Position numbers and translations under genes: made by a program. The notes below the pieces were generated by a model. That model was not told the DNA's origin, searched no databases, and worked only from the letters and a program-made list of their open reading frames with translations. Positions 11,386 to 21,467 of a stretch of 64,000 bases of DNA are shown in pieces. The stretch comes from Polyangiales bacterium (lineage in GTDB: Bacteria > Myxococcota_A > Polyangia > Polyangiales > Polyangiaceae), in assembly GCA_038231275.1 (NCBI GenBank), contig JBBRLQ010000005.1:160001-224000 (forward strand). Reading direction: 5' to 3'. Position 1 is the stretch's first letter. The number at the start of each line of letters is the position of its first letter.

Positions 11386-12169
11386 TTGCCGTCGGCGGCG
11401 CCGGGTAGCAGCCCGCCTCGAGCAGCTCGGGGCGGTACTCGAAGTGCATCGTGTCGTAGTGGAACCACCGTCCGCCCCAGATGAAGCCCTCGGCCTCGAA
11501 GGCGTCGACGATGACCTGCGGCACGCGGTTTTTACACACGCGCTGCTTCTCGGGGACGTTGCGCCAGTAGTGGGCGACCGACGGATCGAGATCGATCGCA
11601 ATCCCCCACGAGTGCATGCTCAGCTCCTTCGTGCCGGCGATGACGCGCCAGTTGAAGGTGCCGCCGGGATTCACGAAGAAGCGATCCATCCCGCGCCCTT
11701 CTTTGGTTCGCGCGGCGGCGTCGAGGCGCGCGGCGACGCGACGAAACGGCTCGGCGATGCGCTTGTGCACGTGGAACGTCTGTCCGCGCATGCGCACGCC
11801 GACGAGCTGTGATTGCACGGCGGTCGCGGTCGCACCGAAGGCGGCGCGCATCACCGCGTCGATGCGCACGCGACCCGGATCGTAGTCGGGATCGGTGATC
11901 GGCGTGATCTCGCCGGTCTTGTAGACGAGCTCGTAGACGTCCTGGACCTCCGCCATCGAGACGCTCTCGCCGCTCGGCAGCTCGAGAGACCACTCCGCGG
12001 CTTGGAGCCGCGGAGTGCCGCCGTAGTGCTTCGCGATGCAGGCCATCGTCGTCGGAGTCGGAGTCGGAGTCGGAGTCGGAGTCGCGTTCGGAGTCGGAGT
12101 CGGAGTCGGAGTTTTCGGAGTCGGAGTCGCCGCCGTGGCCGCCGCAAAGAGCAGCACGAACGGCGTCAC
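11372..12169 (-). CDS. M15-family Zn metallopeptidase (peptidoglycan peptidase), secreted, with Thr-Pro linker
   Basis: [19 protein letters not shown] (SxHxxGxAxD), [21 protein letters not shown] 12169 overlaps the upstream TGA (GTGA). Confidence 0.88.
   Translation of the reverse strand: MTPFVLLFAAATAATPTPKTPTPTPTPNATPTPTPTPTPTTMACIAKHYGGTPRLQAAEWSLELPSGESVSMAEVQDVYELVYKTGEITPITDPDYDPGRVRIDAVMRAAFGATATAVQSQLVGVRMRGQTFHVHKRIAEPFRRVAARLDAAARTKEGRGMDRFFVNPGGTFNWRVIAGTKELSMHSWGIAIDLDPSVAHYWRNVPEKQRVCKNRVPQVIVDAFEAEGFIWGGRWFHYDTMHFEYRPELLEAGCYPAPPTATTPR
12051..12129. repeat. GTCGGA hexamer tandem repeat encoding a (TP)n linker
   Basis: About 11 GTCGGA-like units with two interruptions, inside the M15 gene. 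Confidence 0.9.
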
Positions 12170-12855
12170 GACGTTGCCCGCGGGTGCGCGAGGAGCCAAT
12201 TCATGATCGCCGCGCCGTGCGAGGGGAGGGCGGCCCACTCGCCGCCGTGATCCGCGCCGCGAACGAGATCCCACGTGAGGTCCGCCCCGCACGCGGCGTC
12301 GTGATCGCGCAAGCGAACGGACAGGTAGTGGAGCGGGTTCTTGTCGCCCACCAGGAAATACACGGGCGTCTTCGGCGCCTCGCATGCCGTGTCGGCAGGC
12401 GGAACGCCGCCCCCGTGAACGACCATGGCCGCGAAGTCGCGCGCGAACGTCTGCGCGTTCATCCCCATCCACGTCGCGCCGCCCGACCACCCGACGAGCC
12501 AGAGCCGATCGCGATCGACCGCGCGTGTCCCTTCCACCTTCGCGACCTGCGCCTTCACCCACGCCGGATCGCCCGCCCACTGCCAGTAGCTGCCTTTGCA
12601 GCCGAGGTCCTTCGGGCACGCGAGCGTGAGCACGCCGACGCCGCGCTTCGTCGCGAGGCGCGTCCACGCGTCGTGCGGCGTTTGCGTGGGTTGATGATCG
12701 CCGTGGAGGACGACGAGGAGCGGCGCGGGTGCGTCGCCCGCAGGAAGCGAGAGGCGGCACCCGGCGCACGGCGGCTCCGCGTGGGCTGCCGTCGCGAACG
12801 CGAACGACGCGGCGAACGACGCGAGCGCGGCGGCGATGGCGACGGCGCGCGTCAT
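12166..12855 (-). CDS. Secreted alpha/beta hydrolase (esterase/PHB depolymerase-like)
   Basis: Signal peptide, PLLVVLHG, VDRDRLWLVGWSGG nucleophile elbow, GDKNP, GADH. Confidence 0.8.
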   Translation of the reverse strand: MTRAVAIAAALASFAASFAFATAAHAEPPCAGCRLSLPAGDAPAPLLVVLHGDHQPTQTPHDAWTRLATKRGVGVLTLACPKDLGCKGSYWQWAGDPAWVKAQVAKVEGTRAVDRDRLWLVGWSGGATWMGMNAQTFARDFAAMVVHGGGVPPADTACEAPKTPVYFLVGDKNPLHYLSVRLRDHDAACGADLTWDLVRGADHGGEWAALPSHGAAIMNWLLAHPRATS

Positions 12856-13685
12856 GGCATACGCCGCAGCGTGCGCATCGGGAACGGGGCCCAGAACGGT
12901 GTCTTCACCTCGGTCGCGCCTGGCTCCACGACGAACCAGGTCGCGTCGCGCGCCGGGCGCAGCAGCTGGAAGCTCTGCGCGGGCATGTAGCTCTGGCCGA
13001 GCAGCAGCGCGGTCCTCCCGCTCACGTCCTTCGCGACGTCGAGGACGAGCACCGCGTGGCCGAACGGCGAGCCGGTCATGACGAAGAAATCGCCCGGCCG
13101 CACCTCGGCGAACGGGACCTGCGTCCCTTCCTTCGTGAGCGACGACGTGTTGGCCCACGTGAAGACCTCGTCGAGCCACGCACGGAATGCCGCGTGATCG
13201 TCGCGCCGCGGGCTCGCGACGTCGCGCAGCGAGGCTTTCCCGCCCTCGCCGGCGACCATGCGCGCGCCGCCGAGCCACCTCTTGTACGAGAGCAGCGTGC
13301 CCGACGCCGCGTGGTACGCCTGATCGCGATCGCCCCGGCCGTAGTGCCACTCCGCGTGCATACGAATCACCGCATCCGCGCACTGCTGGAGATCGCGCGC
13401 GCCGACGTCGATGTCGATCACGCCGGCGATGCCCGGGTGCCGCCCGTCCTCATAGAGAGGCGCGCCTCGGAAGTCTTTCACCTTCGCATCGGACTGCGCG
13501 ATCGGCACGGTGCGGAGGAACGCGCCGAAGCTCCCATCGTCCACCGAGGTTCGCGTGAAGCCTGCCAACGCGGGCACGCGCGTGTCGAGCGTCTCCGCCG
13601 AGGTGAACGACCACGGATGCGTCGTCGCGTCGGGGACGCTCAGGAAGGTGATCGTCATCCACAGAACGCCGGCCGCTCGGATCAT
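12852..13685 (-). CDS. DUF4846-like protein
   Basis: DLQQCADAVIRMHAEW, WANTSSL, PGDFFV...GHAVLVLD...LLGQSYMPAQ, motifs I recall for DUF4846. Confidence 0.75.
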   Translation of the reverse strand: MIRAAGVLWMTITFLSVPDATTHPWSFTSAETLDTRVPALAGFTRTSVDDGSFGAFLRTVPIAQSDAKVKDFRGAPLYEDGRHPGIAGVIDIDVGARDLQQCADAVIRMHAEWHYGRGDRDQAYHAASGTLLSYKRWLGGARMVAGEGGKASLRDVASPRRDDHAAFRAWLDEVFTWANTSSLTKEGTQVPFAEVRPGDFFVMTGSPFGHAVLVLDVAKDVSGRTALLLGQSYMPAQSFQLLRPARDATWFVVEPGATEVKTPFWAPFPMRTLRRMP

Positions 13686-13743
13686 CTCGCAAGGTTGGAC
13701 CCACGGGCCGGCTGGCTATTGGGTGAGCCGGCAGGACGTTATC

Positions 13744-15018
13744 TCATAGGCAGGTAGGCGTAACCACGTAGACCCCATGCTCGCCGACGATCACGAGCTC
13801 CGGAGCGGCATCGCCGAAGAGGTTCGCGGCGAGGACGAGCGTACCTCGGTCGGCGGCGACCGTGGCCGCCCGCGGAGCCTCGAAGCGCCGCCCGCCAAGT
13901 CCGCGCCAGGTCACGACGACGCCGGCGTCCGCGTCCGAACCGAGGATGTCGGGGGTGCCGTCACCATCGAGGTCCGCGACCACGAGCGCGCGTACCCGGA
14001 AAGCGGAAGTCGGGAGGTTCATGATGTCGGTCGCGCTCGGTCCGAACGCCACATGGACCGTCGGGGTCGACAGCGAATCAGACGGGCCGAGGTCCGAGAA
14101 GACGACGTCGTCCTTGCCGTCGCCGTCGACGTCGCCGAAGCGCGCGGTCGTCGCGCGTCGATGGCCGAAGATCGTCAAGGTGCCGCCTCCGGAGGAGACC
14201 ACGCGGGTCCCGTCGAGCACCTCGATCATGCCGTCTCCGTCGATATCGCCGACGCCTGCGCTAGCGCGCCGCGCGGTCACTTTCCACGGCGCGTCAACGC
14301 CCGCGGCGAAGCCGGTGGAGGTGGCCGTCCAGAGCTTCGGTTTCAAGCTGGCGTCGATCCCGATGACATCCAATCGGCCGTCTCCGTCGACGTCGACCGC
14401 GCCCGCCGCGTCGAACCTCCCGGTCGCTTGGGCGGCGACGGACGACAGCGAGCCGTCGCCGCCCCCCCGCAGTCGGTGAAGCGCAAGCCCGTCGGCGACG
14501 ACAACGTCTGCCTTGCCGTCGCCGTCGAAGTCTCCGGCGAAGAGGCGCGCGCTCGCCCAAGCCACCGCGGCCGACGTGGGAACGCCGGCCGCGCGCGTCT
14601 CGAAGGTGCCATCGCCTCGATTCGCCAGCACCACGACGTCCTCGCCGGCGAGGGTCACGACATCGAGCCGCCCGTCACCGTTCATGTCCGCGAGCGCCGC
14701 GGTCACGTGCACGTTGGGGTCGTCGAGGCTCTCGGTAATCGGCGCGGTCAAGAGTGGTGGCTGCGAGCTGCACGTCGCCGCCACCGCCGCGGGGCGGCAC
14801 ACGGCCGTGTCCGGCCGAAGCGAGGCGCACGAGGCGCACGCGTCGCGGACGATCTCGTTGTGCTCGGCGCCGTGGTAGCAGGAGAGTCGCGTCTGCCCCT
14901 CGCAGTGCTCGACGAAGTCGTTGCCACACTGATCGCTGCCGATGAACCCGCACGCGGCTTGAAACGCCAGGAGCGCGCCACCGAGGAGGAGCGCTGAGAA
15001 GAGCTTCGTGATCCTCAT
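13744..15018 (-). CDS. FG-GAP/VCBS-repeat lipoprotein with a Cys-rich N-terminus
   Basis: Lipobox QAAC; six DxDGDG-type repeats (ADMNGDGRLD, GDFDGDGKAD, VDVDGDGRLD, GDIDGDG, GDVDGDGKDD, ADLDGDGTPD). Confidence 0.85.
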   Translation of the reverse strand: MRITKLFSALLLGGALLAFQAACGFIGSDQCGNDFVEHCEGQTRLSCYHGAEHNEIVRDACASCASLRPDTAVCRPAAVAATCSSQPPLLTAPITESLDDPNVHVTAALADMNGDGRLDVVTLAGEDVVVLANRGDGTFETRAAGVPTSAAVAWASARLFAGDFDGDGKADVVVADGLALHRLRGGGDGSLSSVAAQATGRFDAAGAVDVDGDGRLDVIGIDASLKPKLWTATSTGFAAGVDAPWKVTARRASAGVGDIDGDGMIEVLDGTRVVSSGGGTLTIFGHRRATTARFGDVDGDGKDDVVFSDLGPSDSLSTPTVHVAFGPSATDIMNLPTSAFRVRALVVADLDGDGTPDILGSDADAGVVVTWRGLGGRRFEAPRAATVAADRGTLVLAANLFGDAAPELVIVGEHGVYVVTPTCL

Positions 15019-15030
15019 GGGGCGCGAAAC

Positions 15031-15046
15031 AGCAAGCGACATGCCA
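15031..15046 (-). promoter_or_regulatory. Putative sigma54 promoter TGGCAT-GTCGC-TTGCT
   Basis: GG-N10-GC spacing, close to the TGGCAC-N5-TTGCW consensus; lies just upstream of ATG 15018. Confidence 0.6.
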
Positions 15047-15271
15047 TGGTCGTGTGCGCGGAGAAGCCCTTCGCGCCTGGCCGGCGTGGAGAGACGTTGG
15101 TATGGGCCGCGACACTCATGTCGGCCGATACTTTCCGACACCGCGAATCGCCCAGCCCCGTTCCTCCTCGTCTCGAGGATGGCCCGCAACGAGAACATCT
15201 CGGTCGGCCTCGTCGTGCCATGCATTCACTTCCCGCTTGTTTTTCCCATCGATTGACGTAGTTCGGTGGGG

Positions 15272-16362
15272 ATGGATCTCACCAAAGACCTGGTCCTCGG
15301 AGCTCTCACCAAGGTCAAAGGCCCCGCCGCGCTGGGAGAAATCGCGATCGCCGGCGGCGCCGTCACCGTGACCGCGTCCCCCGAAGGCGGCTCCCGCGAG
15401 GAGCTCGGCCGTGCGATGCGCAAGGCGGTTACCGCGCTCGACGGCGTTTCGAGCGTCGAGGTGCGATGGACCGGCGAGATGCCCGGCCGCACCATCTCGG
15501 ACACCGATCCGATCCCCGGCGTGAAAAACATCGTCCTCGTGATGAGCGGCAAGGGCGGCGTCGGCAAGAGCACGTGCGCGACGAACCTCACGATGGCGCT
15601 CCACCGCGCCGGCTTCCGCGTCGGCCTGCTCGACGCCGACATCTACGGCCCGTCGATCCCGACGATGCTCGGCGTCACCGGCCGCCCGGTGTCGATGGAC
15701 GGAAAATCGATCGAGCCCCTCTCTCGCTTCGGCGTGAAGCTGATGAGCATCGGCTTCCTCCTCGAGGATCCGAAGGCCGCGGTCATCTGGCGCGGGCCGA
15801 TGCTTCACGGCGCGCTCCAGCAGTTCTTGAACGACGTCGCGTGGGGCGAGCTCGATTTCCTGGTCCTCGATCTGCCGCCCGGCACCGGCGACGTGGCGCT
15901 CACGCTCTCGCAGAAGGTGAAGGTCACCGGCGCGGTCGTCATCACGACGCCGCAGCCCGTCGCGACCGACGACGTCTTCAAGAGCGTGTCGATGTGCCAA
16001 AAAGTGAACATCCCCATCCTCGGCGTCGTCGAGAACATGAGCTTCTTCATCGATTCGGCCGGCGTGAAGCACGAGCTCTTCGGCAAGGGCGGCGGGCAAG
16101 CGGTCGCCGAGTTCGCGCACGCGCCGCTGCTCGGGCAGGTGCCGATCGATCAGACCGTCCGCGAATGGGGCGACAAGGGAACGCCCGTCGTCCAGGCCGC
16201 CCCGCCAGCTCCATCGCGCGCGCGTTCGTCGAGATCGGCGAGCGCCTCGTCGACGTCATCGCCGCGCGCCGCGACGCCGGCGAAGGCAACGTGGCTCCTC
16301 CGACGATCGATCGCAGCGGCGGCCAAGGCGGCCGAAGGCGCCTCCCCGTCACGAAGGGCTGA
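15272..16362 (+). CDS. mrp: Mrp/NBP35 (ApbC) ATPase with an apparent 1-nt frameshift at about 16200
   Basis: SGKGGVGKST, DADIYGPS, WRGPM, DLPPGTGD, GVVENMS. The natural C-terminus (PASSIARAFVEIGERL...TKG*) is in another frame ending at 16362. Confidence 0.85.
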
Positions 16363-16448
16363 TCGCGCTCCGCCGTGCGCGGGTACGCGAATTCTTCACC
16401 TTCCCGCGATTTTTCCGCTGGTCCGGAAACTGCTTCGTTCGAGCCTTC

Positions 16449-17492
16449 ATGCGGCTCTCCATCCTCTTGTTCGTCCTGTGCGTGGGAATCCTCGCGGCAT
16501 GCGGCGCGAACAACTCCAGCACGTTCGGGGATGGAAACCCCGACGGGAGCGTCGGAGGCGGAGACGACGCGAGCTTCGATCTCGACGCCGGTCCCGACGT
16601 GGATCCCTACAAAAATGATCCACCCCCCAAGTGGTGCGGCGCAGACGGTGGTCCTCCGGCGCCCCCCCCAGTCGGCGGCACGCCCGACTGCCCGAGCGAC
16701 AAGAACAAAGAGGGATGCGACTGCGCCTCCGCGGGCATCGGCGCGACGGCGCCGTGCTGGATGGGCCTCCGCGCGAACCGCAACCTCGGCATCTGCAAAG
16801 ACGGCACGACGACGTGCATCCACAAGAGCGAGACGACGAACCAGTGGGGTCCGTGCGTCGGCGAGGTGCTGCCGCAGCCTGGTGGCAAGGGCAAGGCCGC
16901 GTGCAAGTGCTTCAGCGCAGGGCAGTGGAAGCTCTCCAATTTGATCCCCTGCTTCTTCACGTACTCGCCGAGCAACGCGGTGTACGGGATCTCGACGGTG
17001 CTCGACACCGCGGGCACCGCGAAGTGCGAGGACCCAGTCCCCCCGGAGCCGCCGCCGGCGCCGCCGACGAAGTGGTCCGACGACACGCTCAACGTCGACT
17101 GCGCGGGTCACTTCCGTCTCTGCTACGAGCTCAAGGCCGGCGACTTCGCCAACCCGAAGGCGACCGACTGCGCCGTCACGCCGCGCGACGCGAGCGGCAA
17201 GCCCGCGCTCTGCGTCGAAGGCGACTACTTGAAGGAAGGCGTCGAGCAAGCCTTCCCGTCGATCGGCCCATGGGTGAGCGCGAACACCGCGTGCTCCGCG
17301 CAGTTCAAGAACAGCGGCGGTTACGGCGAGATGACGGTCATCGGCCTCAGCGTCCAATGCGACAAGGTCGACGACGGCGCCGGCAATCCCGAGGTCTTCC
17401 ACCGCATCCAGTATTGCCCCTTCTCGTGCGGCCAAAACCCCAACGGCCCCGGCTGCACGAACTGCCAACAGGGCGGGAGTGGTCAGTTCTGA
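16449..17492 (+). CDS. Cys-rich hypothetical lipoprotein
   Basis: Lipobox LAAC; many Cys; GICKDGTTTC...WGPCVGEVLP myxobacterial-type Cys motif. Confidence 0.8.
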   Translation: MRLSILLFVLCVGILAACGANNSSTFGDGNPDGSVGGGDDASFDLDAGPDVDPYKNDPPPKWCGADGGPPAPPPVGGTPDCPSDKNKEGCDCASAGIGATAPCWMGLRANRNLGICKDGTTTCIHKSETTNQWGPCVGEVLPQPGGKGKAACKCFSAGQWKLSNLIPCFFTYSPSNAVYGISTVLDTAGTAKCEDPVPPEPPPAPPTKWSDDTLNVDCAGHFRLCYELKAGDFANPKATDCAVTPRDASGKPALCVEGDYLKEGVEQAFPSIGPWVSANTACSAQFKNSGGYGEMTVIGLSVQCDKVDDGAGNPEVFHRIQYCPFSCGQNPNGPGCTNCQQGGSGQF

Positions 17493-17526
17493 AAACGCGC
17501 TACGCGGCGACACCCTCGCCGTGCGC

Positions 17527-18219
17527 TTACTTGACGAGGATCGCGCTGCCGCACGGAACGTCGACGTCGACGGTGTCCCCGTGGCTGCCGACTTTGATCG
17601 CGTGCTTGCCGCAGCGGACGTCGATCAGGCCGTCGGACTCGCCGAGGACGACGCCGTCGACGTAGACGCGATGGCCGTGCGCCTGCGTGGAGAAGGTGAG
17701 CGTGCCGCGCGTCGAGGGCACGATCGGCAGCGTGTCGACGCGGACGCTCGGTACGTCGCCCGATGCAGACTGCGGGGGCTTTGCGGGTGAGGCGGCAGCG
17801 GGGGTCGCCGTCGATGCGGAGCGGCCCGCGGCCTGAACGACGTCGACGTGCGTGCGCGGGTACGGCGTGCGCGTGTCGACGACGCGCGCGAGCACCGCGA
17901 CGGACAGGCTCACGAGCACGCCGATCGCGACGCCGCCGGCGATCCATGGCCCGATGCTCCGCGGCCGTGATGTCATCGGCGCTGACGAACCCATGGTGCG
18001 ACGCGGCGGCGTCACCGGCGGAGGGAGCACGCTCGCGACCGTCGGCGCCACCACCAGCTCCTCGAGGATGTCGTCGACGAGGATCTCCTCCGTCGCGTAC
18101 GGCACCGGAACCACGGGCACTTCCAGCGTGCGAATGGACTCCTGCTCGTCCACCGCACGAAATTCCCCGACCAACGTAGCCGCACGCGGCGCGTTCTTGG
18201 GGGGGAGCGGAATCCTCAT
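17527..18219 (-). CDS. Membrane-anchored protein with a C-terminal PEGA-like domain
   Basis: Pro-rich region, one TM (WIAGGVAIGVLVSLSVAVLA), HRVYVDG...CGKHAIKV. Confidence 0.65.
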   Translation of the reverse strand: MRIPLPPKNAPRAATLVGEFRAVDEQESIRTLEVPVVPVPYATEEILVDDILEELVVAPTVASVLPPPVTPPRRTMGSSAPMTSRPRSIGPWIAGGVAIGVLVSLSVAVLARVVDTRTPYPRTHVDVVQAAGRSASTATPAAASPAKPPQSASGDVPSVRVDTLPIVPSTRGTLTFSTQAHGHRVYVDGVVLGESDGLIDVRCGKHAIKVGSHGDTVDVDVPCGSAILVK

Positions 18220-18272
18220 ACGCGGCAGAAGCTATTTCTCGGCGGAGCCCCGGGCGCAAGTCGGACTCGACC

Positions 18273-19118
<846 letters not shown>

Positions 19119-19162
19119 GGACACCAGATGGTTAGCACACGAACTAGCTGCCGAAAAACGGC

Positions 19163-19894
19163 TTAGAGATCGAAAAAAGCCCCGACGCCGCCCAGCACCG
19201 CGAACTGGAAGATGCTCGCGTTGGCGGTGAACGTGGTGCCGTTGCGCGACAGCGAGTGCGACGCGCCGAGCGTCGTCGACAGCTCGGGGCCGAGGTGGAA
19301 AAAGACGGCCTCCACGGGGCGGTAGAGGAAGCCCACGTCTACGTCGAGCAAGAACCCGTACGTGGTGGTCTTCCCCTGCGCGGCGGGATCGGCGTCGGCG
19401 GTCAAGCTCTGGCGTGACGCGTACCCGATGCCCGCGCGCGGCCAGATCCCGAACTTGTCGCTGAGCGCGAACAGGTAGCCGACGCGCGGGATGAAGGCGA
19501 AGCCGGTGGTCGTGGGCAGCTCCACCGTCTGCGTCGCGTTCTGGTTGGTCGGGCGCTGGATGGACTGCGACTGCGTGGTCAGCTCGATGAGGCCGCCGAT
19601 CGACAGGTGATCGATGATGAAGAAATCCGCGGACGGCGCGAACCAGAACGTCGTCGTCTTCACCGTGGTGTCGCCGGCGTTGTTGAAGCCGGTCTCGGTG
19701 ACGCTCTGCGTCGCGAAGCCGATGGGACCCGCGTACGAGAGGCCTCCGCTGTTGACGCGGAAGCCGGCCACTTGATCGATCGAGAGCGTGTGCTTCGCGC
19801 CCATCGTATTGAGGAGCTCGCGCTGGGCGAGGGCCCCGCGGGCGGACGTGAAAACCAGGGCAAATGCCAGGAGGCGGACCATCGTTCGCAGCAT
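19163..19894 (-). CDS. Outer-membrane beta-barrel protein
   Basis: Signal peptide (ALA|Q), alternating amphipathic strands, aromatic C-terminus (GAFFDL). Confidence 0.7.
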   Translation of the reverse strand: MLRTMVRLLAFALVFTSARGALAQRELLNTMGAKHTLSIDQVAGFRVNSGGLSYAGPIGFATQSVTETGFNNAGDTTVKTTTFWFAPSADFFIIDHLSIGGLIELTTQSQSIQRPTNQNATQTVELPTTTGFAFIPRVGYLFALSDKFGIWPRAGIGYASRQSLTADADPAAQGKTTTYGFLLDVDVGFLYRPVEAVFFHLGPELSTTLGASHSLSRNGTTFTANASIFQFAVLGGVGAFFDL

Positions 19895-19914
19895 GGTGGT
19901 GCTACGGTATCACG

Positions 19915-21348
19915 GTGCTGATCGCTGCTTCCCCGGTGCCGCTTCCGTCCGCGAGCGCGGTCGAGCGCGTCAAGATCGCGCTGGACCGACGTCTGGGGAG
20001 CTCGAAGGTGGACGTGTCGGAGGCGCGGTGCCTCGCCTACGCGCGCGACGAGAGCGAGGCGATCGGCCGGCCGCCCGACGTCGTCGTGATCGCCGAGCGC
20101 GCGGAGGACGTCGCGCTCACCCTCGCCATCGCGGAGGAGCACGGCGTCCCGGTCACCCCGCGCGCCGGAGGCACCGGAAGAACCGGCGGCGCAGTGCCGG
20201 TCGCCGGCGGCATCGTCCTTCGAACGGATCTCCTCGCGCAGATCAAGGAGATCGATCGCAACGATCTCGTCGCCGTCGTGCAGCCGGGCGTCGTCACCGG
20301 AGATCTGCACGCGGCGTGCGAAAAGGAGGGGCTCTTTTATCCGCCCGATCCCAACTCCCTCAAGACATGCATGATCGGCGGCAACGTCGCCGAGAACGCG
20401 GGCGGACCGCGCGCGTTCAAGTACGGCGTCACGCGCGAGTACGTGCTCGGGCTCGAGGTGTGCCTCATGGGCGGGCGCGTGCTTCGGCCTGGGCGGCGCA
20501 CCGTGAAGGGCGTGACCGGCTACGACGTCACCGCGCTCCTCGTCGGGAGCGAAGGGACGCTCGGCGTCTTCACCGAAGCCACGCTGCGCCTCGTCCCCAA
20601 GCCGCCGGAGGTGGTGACGGTGCTGGCCCTCTTCGACGACGTGCAGGCGTGCGGTGACGCCGTGAGCGCGATCGTTGCCGCCGGTCTCGTTCCGCGATGC
20701 CTGGAGCTCCTCGATCGGGCGACGCTCGACGCGGTGCGCGCGAGCGGCGTGTCGGTCGACACGCGCGCCGGCGCGATGCTCCTCGTCGAGATGGACGGCG
20801 AAGCGGCCGCGCTCGAGCCGCAGATCGAGCGTCTCGGAGAGGTCGTGTCGAAGGGGCGCGGCGTCGTCGATCTCCTCGTCGCGCAGGATGCGGCGCAGCG
20901 CGGGCGACTGTGGGAGGCGCGGCGGCAGCTGTCCTCGGCGACGCGGAAGCTTGCAAAATACAAGCTCTCGGAGGACATCGTCGTGCCGCGCTCGCGCGTG
21001 TCGGAGCTGCTCGCTCGCGTCGACGCGATCGGCGTGGCGACCGGCGTCCGGCACCTCACCTACGGGCACGCCGGCGACGGGAACCTGCACGTGAACTTTC
21101 TCTGGAACGACGACGGCGAGAGGCCGGCGGTGGATCGCGCCATCGAGGCGCTGATGCGCACGACCGTGGAGCTGCGCGGCACCCTTACCGGCGAGCACGG
21201 CATTGGTGTCACGAAGGCGGCGTACTTGCCCCTCGAGCAGTCCGAGGACCTCATCGCCCTACAGCGCGACCTGAAGCGCGTCTTCGACCCGCGCGATCTC
21301 CTGAATCCTGGGAAAATCTTCCCCGCCGTCGGCCACGCCGCCTGCTGA
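19915..21348 (+). CDS. FAD-linked oxidase, GlcD/D-lactate dehydrogenase family
   Basis: PRAGGTGRTGG, YPPDPNS, GGNVAENAGG, GSEGTLG, GHAGDGNLH, GEHGIG, LLNPGK. Confidence 0.92.
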   Translation: MLIAASPVPLPSASAVERVKIALDRRLGSSKVDVSEARCLAYARDESEAIGRPPDVVVIAERAEDVALTLAIAEEHGVPVTPRAGGTGRTGGAVPVAGGIVLRTDLLAQIKEIDRNDLVAVVQPGVVTGDLHAACEKEGLFYPPDPNSLKTCMIGGNVAENAGGPRAFKYGVTREYVLGLEVCLMGGRVLRPGRRTVKGVTGYDVTALLVGSEGTLGVFTEATLRLVPKPPEVVTVLALFDDVQACGDAVSAIVAAGLVPRCLELLDRATLDAVRASGVSVDTRAGAMLLVEMDGEAAALEPQIERLGEVVSKGRGVVDLLVAQDAAQRGRLWEARRQLSSATRKLAKYKLSEDIVVPRSRVSELLARVDAIGVATGVRHLTYGHAGDGNLHVNFLWNDDGERPAVDRAIEALMRTTVELRGTLTGEHGIGVTKAAYLPLEQSEDLIALQRDLKRVFDPRDLLNPGKIFPAVGHAAC

Positions 21349-21467
21349 GCGGACGCATAGAAGATGTGGGGCGCGCGTAGCACGGCGTGGGATGGCCACC
21401 TCCGGCATTGACCGAGACGCGTTGACTTTCGTCCTGGTGAGCCGTTCTCTCACGATTGGAGAATCGT

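Noticed and set aside
12051..12129. Possible CRISPR array or phase-variable repeat
   Set aside because: In-frame hexamer encoding a TP linker, with no spacers. I saw no CRISPR array or cas gene in the window.
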